This document shows, one piece after another, positions 10,439 to 19,815 of a stretch of 64,000 nucleotides of DNA. Every line of letters begins with the position of its first letter. Position 1 is the first letter of the stretch. Position numbers and translations under genes: made by a program. The notes beneath the pieces are model-generated. The model saw only the letters and a list, made by a program, of their open reading frames with translations. It searched no databases and was not told the origin of the DNA. Source of the DNA: an uncultured Candidatus Saccharibacteria bacterium (GTDB taxonomy: Bacteria; Patescibacteriota; Doudnabacteria; UBA920); assembly GCA_964631145.1 (NCBI GenBank), contig CAZVXT010000001.1:319361-383360 (forward strand). Direction: 5' to 3'.

Positions 10439-11458
10439 ATGGAAAAATTAAAAAAATTACAGAAGAAATTAACGGCACCTATTTTAGTTGCTGATAAAAA
10501 TAATTTGCTTTACCTGCTTGATAAGCCTGTTATGGATGGGTTTTTGTTATTAACTAAAAATGATGCAATATTTTTTGGTAATGGGTTAGAAAAAATTTCT
10601 GGAACCAAAACAGCTCGTCTGTCAGATATAGCCAGATTTATAAAAGGCAAAACTTTGCTAATTGAAGATTGTATAACTATTAGAGAGCAGCAATTTTTGA
10701 AGAAATTTTCTAAAAGTATAAAATTACAAACCATTAATGGCTTGGTAGAAGAATTGCGTCTTTATAAAGATAAAGACGAGTTAAGTATGATGAAGTCGGC
10801 TTATGATATTACTGTCAAAGTGTTTTCTAGGATAAAAATATCATTAGCAGAAAAAAAGTTTACAGAACTAGCTTTAGCTAGACAGATTAAAATTTGGGGG
10901 TTGGAATTAGGGGTTGATGATGTAAGTTTTGAGCCTATTGTTGCTAGTGGGGTTAATGCAGCTATTCCGCATCATATGAATAGCAATAAAGTGATTAAAT
11001 CAGGTGAGTGCGTTGTGCTAGATTTTGGCTTTAAAGTAAATGGTTATTGTAGCGATTTTACCAGCACAGTATTTATCAAATCCGCTTCTAAACAACTAAA
11101 AACTGTTTATAATCATATAGAAAATGCTTACCAGTTATCAGTAGAAAGTTTAAAGAGTGGTATTGCGGCAGCAGAGCCAGATGTTATTGCGAGGAATTAT
11201 TTAGCTCAAAATAAATTAGAAAAATATTTTACACATTCCTTGGGGCATGGTACTGGTTTGGCTGTGCATGAATCTCCTTATTTATATAAAACAAGTAAAG
11301 ATGTCTTGCAAGATGGTTATGTATTTAGCATTGAGCCTGGAGTTTATATAGACGGCGTTGGTGGTGTAAGAATTGAAGATCTGGTTTACTTGCAAAACGG
11401 CAAAGCTAAGTATTTTGCAAAAGTTTCTACAAAATTAGAAGACAATATTATAAAATAA
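10439..11458 (+). CDS. M24 family Xaa-Pro aminopeptidase/dipeptidase
   Basis: HSLGHGTGLAVHE and GYVFSIEPGVYIDGVGGVRIED match the pita-bread fold metal ligands. Confidence 0.85.
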   Translation: MEKLKKLQKKLTAPILVADKNNLLYLLDKPVMDGFLLLTKNDAIFFGNGLEKISGTKTARLSDIARFIKGKTLLIEDCITIREQQFLKKFSKSIKLQTINGLVEELRLYKDKDELSMMKSAYDITVKVFSRIKISLAEKKFTELALARQIKIWGLELGVDDVSFEPIVASGVNAAIPHHMNSNKVIKSGECVVLDFGFKVNGYCSDFTSTVFIKSASKQLKTVYNHIENAYQLSVESLKSGIAAAEPDVIARNYLAQNKLEKYFTHSLGHGTGLAVHESPYLYKTSKDVLQDGYVFSIEPGVYIDGVGGVRIEDLVYLQNGKAKYFAKVSTKLEDNIIK

Positions 11459-11491
11459 AAAAGACAGCGATTAGCTTCGCCGTTTTAATTA

Positions 11492-11707
11492 TTAATAACC
11501 AATTTTTATTGATAAAATATCATTTTTATGGATATGAAATTTCATGCCACTTAACAAAACACTGCGGTCATCTGCTTTTATTGCAACTCCTTTGTGATTT
11601 GCCCAACCATATTTAACTTTAATTCTTATTTTCTTGCCAATATAGTCTTGTAGTTTAAATAGTTTTGGTAGAGTATTATTTTTCTTGTTTCTTGATAACT
11701 TTGGCAT
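11492..11707 (-). CDS. hypothetical small basic protein, translationally coupled to the upstream gene
   Basis: The ATG (complement of 11705-11707) follows GGAGGATG. It overlaps the 3' end of 11676..12068 in another frame. The alternating hydrophobic pattern could be a small beta-barrel (Sm/KOW-like), which is unproven. Confidence 0.45.
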   Translation of the reverse strand: MPKLSRNKKNNTLPKLFKLQDYIGKKIRIKVKYGWANHKGVAIKADDRSVLLSGMKFHIHKNDILSIKIGY

Positions 11708-12068
11708 TGTTTTCATCCTCCAAAATTTTAAACGATAATATTTTATCTCTAGGAATCTCCGTCCATGATAAGGAGTTTTTTGGAACAATCAAAATATGAT
11801 ACATATCATAGTCAAAAATTTTACCTATAATAGTTTTTTTAGGCTCAGACAAAAATGTTAATAATCGCACGGCTAAAATATTATTATGGTCAATTTTTTC
11901 TGCATTGATTCCACTAAACCAGCTGTCTGAATAAAATATTTTAACCAGGACTTCTTTTTTTAAGCGTGACTTTATTTTGTAATCATGCACTGCAATAAAA
12001 GGCGGTCTAATAACTAAAGGTAGGTGTATAATTGTAACTGGGATATTTTCCTCCTCAAGAATTTTCAT
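11676..12068 (-). CDS. hypothetical protein
   Basis: 130-aa ORF whose last 11 codons overlap the next gene's Shine-Dalgarno and start. Confidence 0.5.
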   Translation of the reverse strand: MKILEEENIPVTIIHLPLVIRPPFIAVHDYKIKSRLKKEVLVKIFYSDSWFSGINAEKIDHNNILAVRLLTFLSEPKKTIIGKIFDYDMYHILIVPKNSLSWTEIPRDKILSFKILEDENNAKVIKKQEK

Positions 12069-12101
12069 ATATGATATTCTAAATATATACTTAAGTCAAT
12101 T

Positions 12102-13373
12102 ATGAAATATCACAAGCGAATTTTAAAAAACGGATTAACTATTTTGGAAGTGCCAAGTACAGACGCCGAAAGTGTAGTGGTAGATTTTTTTGTTAAAACA
12201 GGCAGTAGAAACGAAACGCATAGAGAAAATGGCATATCTCATTTTTTGGAGCATATTCTTTTTAAAGGGACTCAAAAATTTCCTAACTCTATGGCAATCA
12301 CCGAACTTGTTGATGGTATAGGTGGCGAGATGAATGCAAACACAGGCAAGGAGCACACACAGTATTATATTAAGGCTCATCATAGTCATTTACAATTGAT
12401 CTTTGAAATTTTAACAGATATGCTTCAGGCTCCATTATTTGATGAGCCAGAAATAGATCGCGAAAAAGGAGTGATTGTAGAAGAAATAAATATGTATAAA
12501 GATTCTCCTCGCGCTCATGTGGCAAATATTTTGGAGGAGGTTATGTGGCCGCAAGATGCGCTTGGTAGAAATATTGCTGGAGAACCTGAAGGTGTAGTCA
12601 AGTTGAATAAAAAAATGTTTATTAACTATATGAACCGCTTTTATCAGCCTGGCAATATGATTTTGGGGGTAGCTGGAAAGTATGATCGTGTAGTCCTAAA
12701 TAAATTAATAAATAAATACTGGAGTAAAGTTTCTGCTGGTAGTTTCGGTAGATATTCTAAAGTTAAGGATAAGCAGAAACAATTTGCTGTTAAATTAGAG
12801 CATAAAGATATTAAGCAAGCTGTAATTAACTTTGGTTTTAAGTCGATTGATTATAATCACAAAGATAATGCAGCCGCAGCAGTTTTGGCAAGTATTTTGG
12901 GCGGTGGTATGAGTAGCCGTTTGTTTGATGAGGTTAGAGAAAAGCGCGGACTTGCTTATTATGTAAGAGCTTCTAATAGTAATTACCAAGATACTGGAGT
13001 CTTTGATATTTCTAGCGGTGTTAGGGTAGATAAAATTGAAGATGTAATTGTTGTAATATTGGCAGAATTAAAAAAGATTAGCACCGAACCAGTTACTGAC
13101 AAAGAATTGCAAAAAGCCAAGTCTTATTTAAAAGGCAAAATAACTTTGGCTCTGGAAGATAATCAATCCCGATTAGATTGGTATTTGGAAGAGTTGGCAT
13201 TTAAAAATCATGTACAAGCTCCGAAAGATGTGTTTAAAGATATTGATCAAGTGACAGCTAAAGATGTTTTGCGATTGGCAGGAAAGCTATTTAATCCTAA
13301 TCTTATGTCTTTGGCTATAGTTGGACCATATAAATCCGCTAAGAAGTTTGAATCGCTACTTAAAAAGTTTTAA
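12102..13373 (+). CDS. M16 family zinc peptidase (insulinase-like)
   Basis: Inverted zinc motif HFLEHILFKGT (HxxEH). Confidence 0.85.
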   Translation: MKYHKRILKNGLTILEVPSTDAESVVVDFFVKTGSRNETHRENGISHFLEHILFKGTQKFPNSMAITELVDGIGGEMNANTGKEHTQYYIKAHHSHLQLIFEILTDMLQAPLFDEPEIDREKGVIVEEINMYKDSPRAHVANILEEVMWPQDALGRNIAGEPEGVVKLNKKMFINYMNRFYQPGNMILGVAGKYDRVVLNKLINKYWSKVSAGSFGRYSKVKDKQKQFAVKLEHKDIKQAVINFGFKSIDYNHKDNAAAAVLASILGGGMSSRLFDEVREKRGLAYYVRASNSNYQDTGVFDISSGVRVDKIEDVIVVILAELKKISTEPVTDKELQKAKSYLKGKITLALEDNQSRLDWYLEELAFKNHVQAPKDVFKDIDQVTAKDVLRLAGKLFNPNLMSLAIVGPYKSAKKFESLLKKF

Positions 13374-13508
13374 ATTAACTAAGACATTTCAGTATGCTGG
13401 TTGGTTACATTATTCAGTATTATCGCTCTGCGTAAATTTTAAAAAAACCTTTAGGAATTGCGAAATATTAAAGGCGCAATCACCAAGTTGTTAATTAATA
13501 TATTAAAA

Positions 13509-14378
13509 ATGAAAAAGTTAACTAATAGTTTAATAGGGTGTCATGTGTCTATTGCTGGCGGTTTGGATAAAGCTCCTGCCAGAGCAGCAGAGTTGGGTTG
13601 CGAAACCTTTCAGATTTTTAGTCGCAGTCCTCAGGGTGGTAGTGCCGCTCCTATTACTGAAGAATTGCAAGAAAATTTCAAATCAGAATTAAAAAAGGCG
13701 GGGATAGATACGTTTGTTATTCATGCCCCTTATATATTAAATTTTGGTTCAGAAAAAAAAACTACTTTTCATGGATCTATTAATCTGGTTAGGACGGACT
13801 TGGAGCGGGGAAGCTTGTTAGGTGCAAAATATGTAATGTTTCATCCTGGTAGTTTTAAAGCCCTTGGTAGAGAAGTGGGGATGCAACAGGCAAAAGAAGG
13901 CTTGCAGAAGGTTCTGGATGGTTATGAAGGAACCACAAAGCTTTTAATAGAAATTTCTGCAGGAGCTGGTGAGGTAATTGGGGATACTTTTGAAGAGCTT
14001 GTCGAGCTTATGGCTCCTATAAAAAAGCATAGAGGCTTTGGTGGTATATGTTTTGATACTCAGCACGCTTTTAGTAGCGGGTATGATTTGTCTAATTATG
14101 ATTCCGCTAAAGAAGTATTCAAAAAATTTGATAAAATTATTGGCAAAAAGCATTTTTGCATGAGTCATGTAAATGATTCTAAGGTAGATCTCGCTTCCCA
14201 TAAGGACAGACATGAGCATATTGGGGAAGGCAAAATTGGTAAAACTGGAATTTCTGCCTTTTTACAAATACTTTCAGAAAATAATTTGGCTGTTCCCTTG
14301 ATTTTAGAAACTGAGCATGATAAAGTTGAAACAGACATTAAGTTACTAAAAAACTTGCGAAAACAAGTTCAGAAATAA
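13509..14378 (+). CDS. nfo: endonuclease IV (AP endonuclease family 2)
   Basis: Supported by HAPYILNFGS, ICFDTQHAF and the TIM-barrel xylose-isomerase-like pattern. The ATG at 13509 is preferred over the track's TTG at 13458. Confidence 0.85.
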   Translation: MKKLTNSLIGCHVSIAGGLDKAPARAAELGCETFQIFSRSPQGGSAAPITEELQENFKSELKKAGIDTFVIHAPYILNFGSEKKTTFHGSINLVRTDLERGSLLGAKYVMFHPGSFKALGREVGMQQAKEGLQKVLDGYEGTTKLLIEISAGAGEVIGDTFEELVELMAPIKKHRGFGGICFDTQHAFSSGYDLSNYDSAKEVFKKFDKIIGKKHFCMSHVNDSKVDLASHKDRHEHIGEGKIGKTGISAFLQILSENNLAVPLILETEHDKVETDIKLLKNLRKQVQK

Positions 14379-14388
14379 AGGAAAAAAT

Positions 14389-14541
14389 ATGAGCGCGGAA
14401 TACGGCTTCAATCCAGAAACATACAACAAAAATCTCCCAGATTTTAAATTCGGTCGAGAGTTACCTGCTAATTTAGAAGAGTTGCTAAAATCCAAACAGG
14501 GTTTTGTTGACTTGAAGGATGCTATAGAAGCTCACGAATAG
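14389..14541 (+). CDS. hypothetical 50-aa protein
   Basis: ATG at 14389, 10 nt after the nfo stop and preceded by AAGGAAAAAA. The 51-codon frame (MSAEYGFNPETYNK...) is below the ORF-track size cutoff. Confidence 0.4.
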   Translation: MSAEYGFNPETYNKNLPDFKFGRELPANLEELLKSKQGFVDLKDAIEAHE

Positions 14542-14562
14542 CTTCACAAGTAATATACTTAT

Positions 14563-14778
14563 ATGGAAGAAAAGTTAAAAAAAATTATTCATTTAATCGA
14601 GGAGTCAGATTTAGACCAAACGATTAAAGATATTTTGATTCGCGATTTGCAAACAGAAGGTTTAACAGATTTTTTGCGCGAACAAATAAAAGCTTATTGT
14701 CTAGAGGGTATCAAGCGACTTGATGTCAAAATTGAAGAAGCCCGTGCAGCTTTGAATGAGTCCACTTCACAAGAATAA
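14563..14778 (+). CDS. hypothetical small protein
   Basis: 71-aa ORF. Confidence 0.5.
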   Translation: MEEKLKKIIHLIEESDLDQTIKDILIRDLQTEGLTDFLREQIKAYCLEGIKRLDVKIEEARAALNESTSQE

Positions 14779-14783
14779 ATTAA

Positions 14784-14813
14784 AAGCAGCTACTAAAAAG
14801 TAGTTGCTTTTTG
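14784..14813 (+). terminator. intrinsic terminator
   Basis: Stem GCAGCTACT/AGTAGTTGC followed by T5. Confidence 0.55.
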
Positions 14814-14857
14814 TATTGCGTAGTTTAAGTTATAATATAAAAACTTTAGGAGGATAT

Positions 14858-15238
14858 ATGAAAGTTTTATCAATTTTATTTATATTAGTTGGTGGTTTTG
14901 TTGGGTTTTTTACCTCACACATCTACACAGATTTAGGTATTAGTAGTTTTTGGGCAATGCTTATAATTAATATTATTTCAGTTTTGCTAGTCTTGGTTAT
15001 TGTCAGTCTTGCATCTGGAATGTATTATAATAAACTTTATCTTAATTCTTTAAGCAGAATAGAAATCAAAAGTATTGCAATATGTAGCGGGGAAGTCTTA
15101 GTATTTTTTACTGTAATGTATTTGCTACAATCTTATCGCTCTGTTAATCAACATAATGCTGGATTAATATCTAGCGGTATCATGTTTATTGCTATTTTTG
15201 CATTTTACTCGTTCTTGATTTATAAATTTGATAATTAG
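14858..15238 (+). CDS. small integral membrane protein
   Basis: ATG at 14858 after AGGAGG. Four predicted TM helices. Confidence 0.6.
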   Translation: MKVLSILFILVGGFVGFFTSHIYTDLGISSFWAMLIINIISVLLVLVIVSLASGMYYNKLYLNSLSRIEIKSIAICSGEVLVFFTVMYLLQSYRSVNQHNAGLISSGIMFIAIFAFYSFLIYKFDN

Positions 15239-15246
15239 TAAATATT

Positions 15247-15276
15247 AGCTTGGTTTTGAGCCAAGCTCTTTTAGTT
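15247..15276 (+). terminator. intrinsic terminator
   Basis: Stem AGCTTGG/CCAAGCT followed by a T-run. Confidence 0.5.
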
Positions 15277-15329
15277 TGACCTTAACTGTTAATGTCTGTA
15301 TAATTACAGAAATTTTATGGAGGTGCTTT

Positions 15330-15737
15330 ATGATACTTATTGGAGCCGGTTTAGTGGTGATATTGTGTTTATTGGGCGGCTATTTTTTAGTAGATGTTTA
15401 TCAATACTTTGGTTTGATTAACTTTATAGCTGTAGCTGTTTTAAATAGTTTGTTGTCATTTTTAGTCCTAGTTTTGGGGTATAAAGTGATGCGTATAGCA
15501 GATAAATTATCTGGTCCGAGAATAGGTTCAGGCACGGTAGAAGGAGCAATGATGCTATTTGGATTTTTAATGATAGGACTATCTTTACCTGTAGGATTTT
15601 TTGTGCATTCATTATTTTTCCCAGAATACATAGGTGGTTGGCTTTTAGGTGTATTTATATTCTTACTTAGTTTTTTCTCCTTGAACAATTTTTTAAGCGG
15701 AAAAAATATACCGAACAATCAAATATATAAAAATTAG
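15330..15737 (+). CDS. small integral membrane protein
   Basis: ATG at 15330 after GGAGGTG. Multiple TM helices. Confidence 0.6.
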   Translation: MILIGAGLVVILCLLGGYFLVDVYQYFGLINFIAVAVLNSLLSFLVLVLGYKVMRIADKLSGPRIGSGTVEGAMMLFGFLMIGLSLPVGFFVHSLFFPEYIGGWLLGVFIFLLSFFSLNNFLSGKNIPNNQIYKN

Positions 15738-15801
15738 CTATTTACCAGTCTGCATAAGTAGGCTGGTTTTCTTTTTATAAAAATTACTTTATACTTAGGT
15801 T

Positions 15802-16818
15802 ATGAACTTTCAATTAGATTATTCAACTAAAGTTATCCTAAGGGTTGTTGGTGTGTTTTTGATTTTGGGCTTTTTATGGGTAATTAGAGATATTGTTATT
15901 ATAATTTTATTATCTTTGGTTTTGGCATCAGCTTTAGAACCATTGGTGGAATATTTAAACAAGCGCAGGGTGCCGCGTTTTGTAAGCGTCTTAGGAACAT
16001 ATGTAATTGTCTTGGGTTTTGTTGCGATTATGATCGCACTACTGGCTCCGTTAGTCATTGATCAAGCTCAGGTGTTGTCTCAGAACCTGCCGAGCTATGC
16101 GGTAGAATTGCAAGCAAAATATCCAAGCATTGATTTGTTGCTTGGAGGCGCTGATTTATCTAATGTTGCCAAAGATTTGTTATCCAGTGGCTCTAGTAAG
16201 GATTTGCTATTCCATAGAACCTTGGGTTTATTTAATGGATTGTTTGCGTTAATTACTGTTTTGGTTTTGTCATTTTATTTGGTGGCGGCTGATAAAGGAA
16301 TGAAGCAATTTATTAGTGATTTAATTCCCGGACAGCATCAAGAGTTTATTGTTAACTTAATAGAAAAAATTCAACGCAAAATGGGTTTGTGGGTTGTTGG
16401 ACAGTTTATTTTAAGTGTGTTTATTTTCTTGCTAACTTACATTGGGTTATCAATTTTGGGAGTAGAATATGCATTGGTTTTGGCTATTATAGCCGGGCTA
16501 TTAGAAATTGTTCCTTATGTTGGACCATTTTTGTCAGCTGTGCCGGCAGTGTTCTTTGCTTTGATTCAAAATCCTCCTTTAGTAATTGCGGTAATAATCT
16601 TGTATATTTTAATTCAAAAAACTGAAGGTTATGTTTTGGTGCCAAAGGTTATGGAAAAGACCGTGGGTACTTCTCCTTTGGTAGTGTTGTTGGCATTATT
16701 AATCGGTTATAAATTAGCTGGTGTTTTGGGTATTTTGCTAGCAGTGCCATTGGCTGGGGCTATTACTGTGGTAATTAAAGAGTTTTTCCCACAAAAATTA
16801 GCAAATCCTGACGTATAA
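15802..16818 (+). CDS. AI-2E family transporter (PerM/UPF0118)
   Basis: 338 aa with eight TM helices and the characteristic AI-2E architecture and C-terminal conserved block. Confidence 0.8.
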   Translation: MNFQLDYSTKVILRVVGVFLILGFLWVIRDIVIIILLSLVLASALEPLVEYLNKRRVPRFVSVLGTYVIVLGFVAIMIALLAPLVIDQAQVLSQNLPSYAVELQAKYPSIDLLLGGADLSNVAKDLLSSGSSKDLLFHRTLGLFNGLFALITVLVLSFYLVAADKGMKQFISDLIPGQHQEFIVNLIEKIQRKMGLWVVGQFILSVFIFLLTYIGLSILGVEYALVLAIIAGLLEIVPYVGPFLSAVPAVFFALIQNPPLVIAVIILYILIQKTEGYVLVPKVMEKTVGTSPLVVLLALLIGYKLAGVLGILLAVPLAGAITVVIKEFFPQKLANPDV

Positions 16819-16888
16819 ATAGCTCTTGTGAGACTTATTGTATTAAAGTTATAATGAAAGAGCTTAGAACAAGCTCTTTTTTAATTTT

Positions 16889-18361
16889 ATGAACAAATTT
16901 TATATAACTACAACTTTGCCTTACGTAAATGCTGATCCTCATATTGGCTTTGCTCTGGAAATTATTCACGCTGACATTATCGCTAGGTATCATGCAATGC
17001 GCGGGCAAGATGTATTTTTTAACACTGGTACAGATGAACATGGTGTAAAAATATACCGCAAAGCACAAGAACAAGGAGTTGAGGTGCAAGAGTATGTTAA
17101 TGGTTATGCAGAAAAATTTAAAGCATTAAAAGACAAGCTTGGTTTATTTGATGGTTTAAACTTTATTCGCACTACAGATGATAATCACAAATTGGCAGCA
17201 CAAGAATTTTGGAAGCGTTGCGAGGCAAATGGCGATATTTATAAAAAAACTTATCAAGTTAAGTATTGTGTTGGCTGCGAGCTGGAAAAAACAGATTCAG
17301 AATTAATTGATGGAAAATGTCCGATTCACCCAAATATGGACATCGAGTTAATTGATGAAGAGAATTACTTTTTTAAATTTTCTAATTATACTCAAAAATT
17401 ATTAGACTTATATAATAATCAAAACCAATTTGTTGTACCTGCATCTAGACTGCACGAAATAAAAACTTTTGTAGAAAATGGCTTGCAGGATTTTAGTATT
17501 TCTAGATTGAAGGAAAAAATGCCATGGGGTGTTCCAGTTCCTGGAGATGAAGACCAGGTTATGTATGTTTGGTTTGACGCATTAGTAAATTATATTTCTA
17601 CTTTGGGTTGGCCAAATAACAATGAAAAGTTTGAGCAATTTTGGGGTGGTATAGAAGGCTCAAACGCGTTGCAAATTGCAGGTAAGGATAATTTGAGACA
17701 ACAATCTGCAATGTGGCAAGCTATGTTAATGTCTGCCGGGCTCCCTCCATCCAAGCAAATCATTATTCATGGATTTATAACTAGCAATGGTCAAAAAATG
17801 AGTAAGAGCTTAGGAAATGTTGTTTCTCCTTATGAGCTTTTACAAAAATTGGAAGATCTTGGTTTAAATAAAGAACAATCTATAGAAGCGCTGCGTTATT
17901 ATTTGTCACGTGAAGTTCCAACTTTTGAAGATGGAGATTTTACATGGGAAAGATTTGTAGAAAGTTATAATGCCAATCTTGCAAATGGAATTGGTAATCT
18001 TACTAGCCGCATCTTGAAGATGGCGGTTAGTGCAGAAGTAAAATTTAGCGCCCCTCAAATCAAAGTAGATTATAACAATCAACTATTAGATGAATATAAA
18101 ATAGATCAAGCGGCAGACAAGATTTGGAAAGATATAAAGAATCTTGATGTTTATATTCAAACTAACGAACCATTTAAAAAGATTAAGGTAGATAGAGAAG
18201 CAGCTATAGCTGACATAGAATATTTATTAAAACAGTTGTGGAAAATAGCTTTTGATTTGCATCCATTTTTACCATTTACTGCAGGGGTGATTTTCAAAGT
18301 TATGGATAGTTTGTCTCTAGATAATATTCCACGATTATTTCCAAGAATAAATATAGATTAA
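16889..18361 (+). CDS. metG: methionyl-tRNA synthetase (short form)
   Basis: HIGFALE (HIGH-like), a Cys-rich CP knuckle and KMSKSLGN. Confidence 0.92.
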   Translation: MNKFYITTTLPYVNADPHIGFALEIIHADIIARYHAMRGQDVFFNTGTDEHGVKIYRKAQEQGVEVQEYVNGYAEKFKALKDKLGLFDGLNFIRTTDDNHKLAAQEFWKRCEANGDIYKKTYQVKYCVGCELEKTDSELIDGKCPIHPNMDIELIDEENYFFKFSNYTQKLLDLYNNQNQFVVPASRLHEIKTFVENGLQDFSISRLKEKMPWGVPVPGDEDQVMYVWFDALVNYISTLGWPNNNEKFEQFWGGIEGSNALQIAGKDNLRQQSAMWQAMLMSAGLPPSKQIIIHGFITSNGQKMSKSLGNVVSPYELLQKLEDLGLNKEQSIEALRYYLSREVPTFEDGDFTWERFVESYNANLANGIGNLTSRILKMAVSAEVKFSAPQIKVDYNNQLLDEYKIDQAADKIWKDIKNLDVYIQTNEPFKKIKVDREAAIADIEYLLKQLWKIAFDLHPFLPFTAGVIFKVMDSLSLDNIPRLFPRINID

Positions 18362-18364
18362 GTC

Positions 18365-19210
18365 ATGCAGTTTATTGATACACATACGCATATTAACCTT
18401 AATGCTTTTGCGGAAGATTCTGCAGAAGTTATTAAACGTGCTGACGAAGCAGGCGTGGTTGTGGTTAATGTTGGGACTCAGATAGATACGAGTAAAGCAG
18501 CAGTTCAAATGCTTAAAGATTATCCTGATAAAGAGATTTATGCTGTTGTCGGCTTGCATCCTTCCCATACTTATTCTCACGATTTTATAGATAATGATGA
18601 AGTTGTAAATAAAACAAAAGAAGAATCTTTTGACTATCAGATGTACAAGCAGTTGGTTGTGACAGATAACCGCGTTGTTGGAATTGGTGAGTGTGGGTTG
18701 GATTATTATCGATTACCGGAAGGTGCTGATTTAGCACAGATTAAAGCTTTGCAAAAACATGCTTTTGAATCTCAAATAAAGCTTGCTTTAGAAACAGATA
18801 AAGCTTTATGTATTCATTGTCGTCCAAGCGAGAATGGCAATGATGCTTATGAGGATGTTTTGGATATGCTTAAAAATTATTCTGGCTTGCGCTTTGAAAT
18901 ACATTGCTTTACTGGCGACTTAGAAACTGCGCAAAGATTTGTGGACTTAGGTGGTTATATAGGAATTAACGGTATTATAACTTTTGATAAAACATCTCGT
19001 AGTCGCGATGTAGTTGAAGGTTTAAGTATAGAAAATATTATTTTAGAAACAGACGCACCATATCTGTCCCCCAAACCTTATCGCGGCAAGAGAAACGAAC
19101 CTGCTTTTATGGTAGAAACTGCCATGCAAATTGCCGAATGGAAAAATCTAACCTTAGAAGAAGTTGCTAATATAACAACAGCAAACGCTAAAAAATTATT
19201 TAAGATTTGA
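18365..19210 (+). CDS. tatD: TatD family metal-dependent hydrolase
   Basis: N-terminal FIDTHTHIN and the TIM-barrel TatD pattern. Confidence 0.88.
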   Translation: MQFIDTHTHINLNAFAEDSAEVIKRADEAGVVVVNVGTQIDTSKAAVQMLKDYPDKEIYAVVGLHPSHTYSHDFIDNDEVVNKTKEESFDYQMYKQLVVTDNRVVGIGECGLDYYRLPEGADLAQIKALQKHAFESQIKLALETDKALCIHCRPSENGNDAYEDVLDMLKNYSGLRFEIHCFTGDLETAQRFVDLGGYIGINGIITFDKTSRSRDVVEGLSIENIILETDAPYLSPKPYRGKRNEPAFMVETAMQIAEWKNLTLEEVANITTANAKKLFKI

Positions 19211-19212
19211 AC

Positions 19213-19815
19213 ATGGAATTAGATGGAATATTAAAATTTGTAAAATTGATTGCTGAGTTCCAAAAAATTGAACGCACTGTTTTTTTGATGGGTTCTGACA
19301 GGATGGAAAATGATGTAGAGCACAGTTATCAATTAACAATGGTAGCATGGTATGCTATTTCGGCATACAACTTGCCTTTGGATTTGGATTTGGTTTTAAA
19401 ATATTCCTTGATCCATGATTTGGTTGAGGTGTATGCCGGTGATACTAGATTGTTTGATAAAAACCAAGAGGTTCATGCTACAAAGCAGCAACGCGAACAT
19501 GACTCTTTGTTAAAGTTAGAGTCAGAATTATCAGAGTTCCCTGATTTAATATCTTTGATCAAACAGTATGAAGCTCGCGGAGATGAAGAAAGTAGGTTTG
19601 TTTATGCATTAGATAAAGTTTTGCCGCCAATCAATATATATTTGGAAGGTGGAAGGACTTTTAAAACTTTTGAAGTTACCTACGAAAATTTTTTAGCTAA
19701 AAAATTAGATAAAGTTAAAGAGCATCCAGAAGTAGAAAAATATTTCTTACAGCTAAAAGATATTTTAGAAAAGGAAAAAGAGCAATTATTTTTTAAAGAA
19801 GATGAAAAAATATAA
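19213..19815 (+). CDS. HD domain phosphohydrolase (YfbR-like 5'-deoxynucleotidase family)
   Basis: HSYQL...IHDLVEVYAGDT is an H...HD...D motif. It overlaps the tatD stop and the leuS start. Confidence 0.75.
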   Translation: MELDGILKFVKLIAEFQKIERTVFLMGSDRMENDVEHSYQLTMVAWYAISAYNLPLDLDLVLKYSLIHDLVEVYAGDTRLFDKNQEVHATKQQREHDSLLKLESELSEFPDLISLIKQYEARGDEESRFVYALDKVLPPINIYLEGGRTFKTFEVTYENFLAKKLDKVKEHPEVEKYFLQLKDILEKEKEQLFFKEDEKI

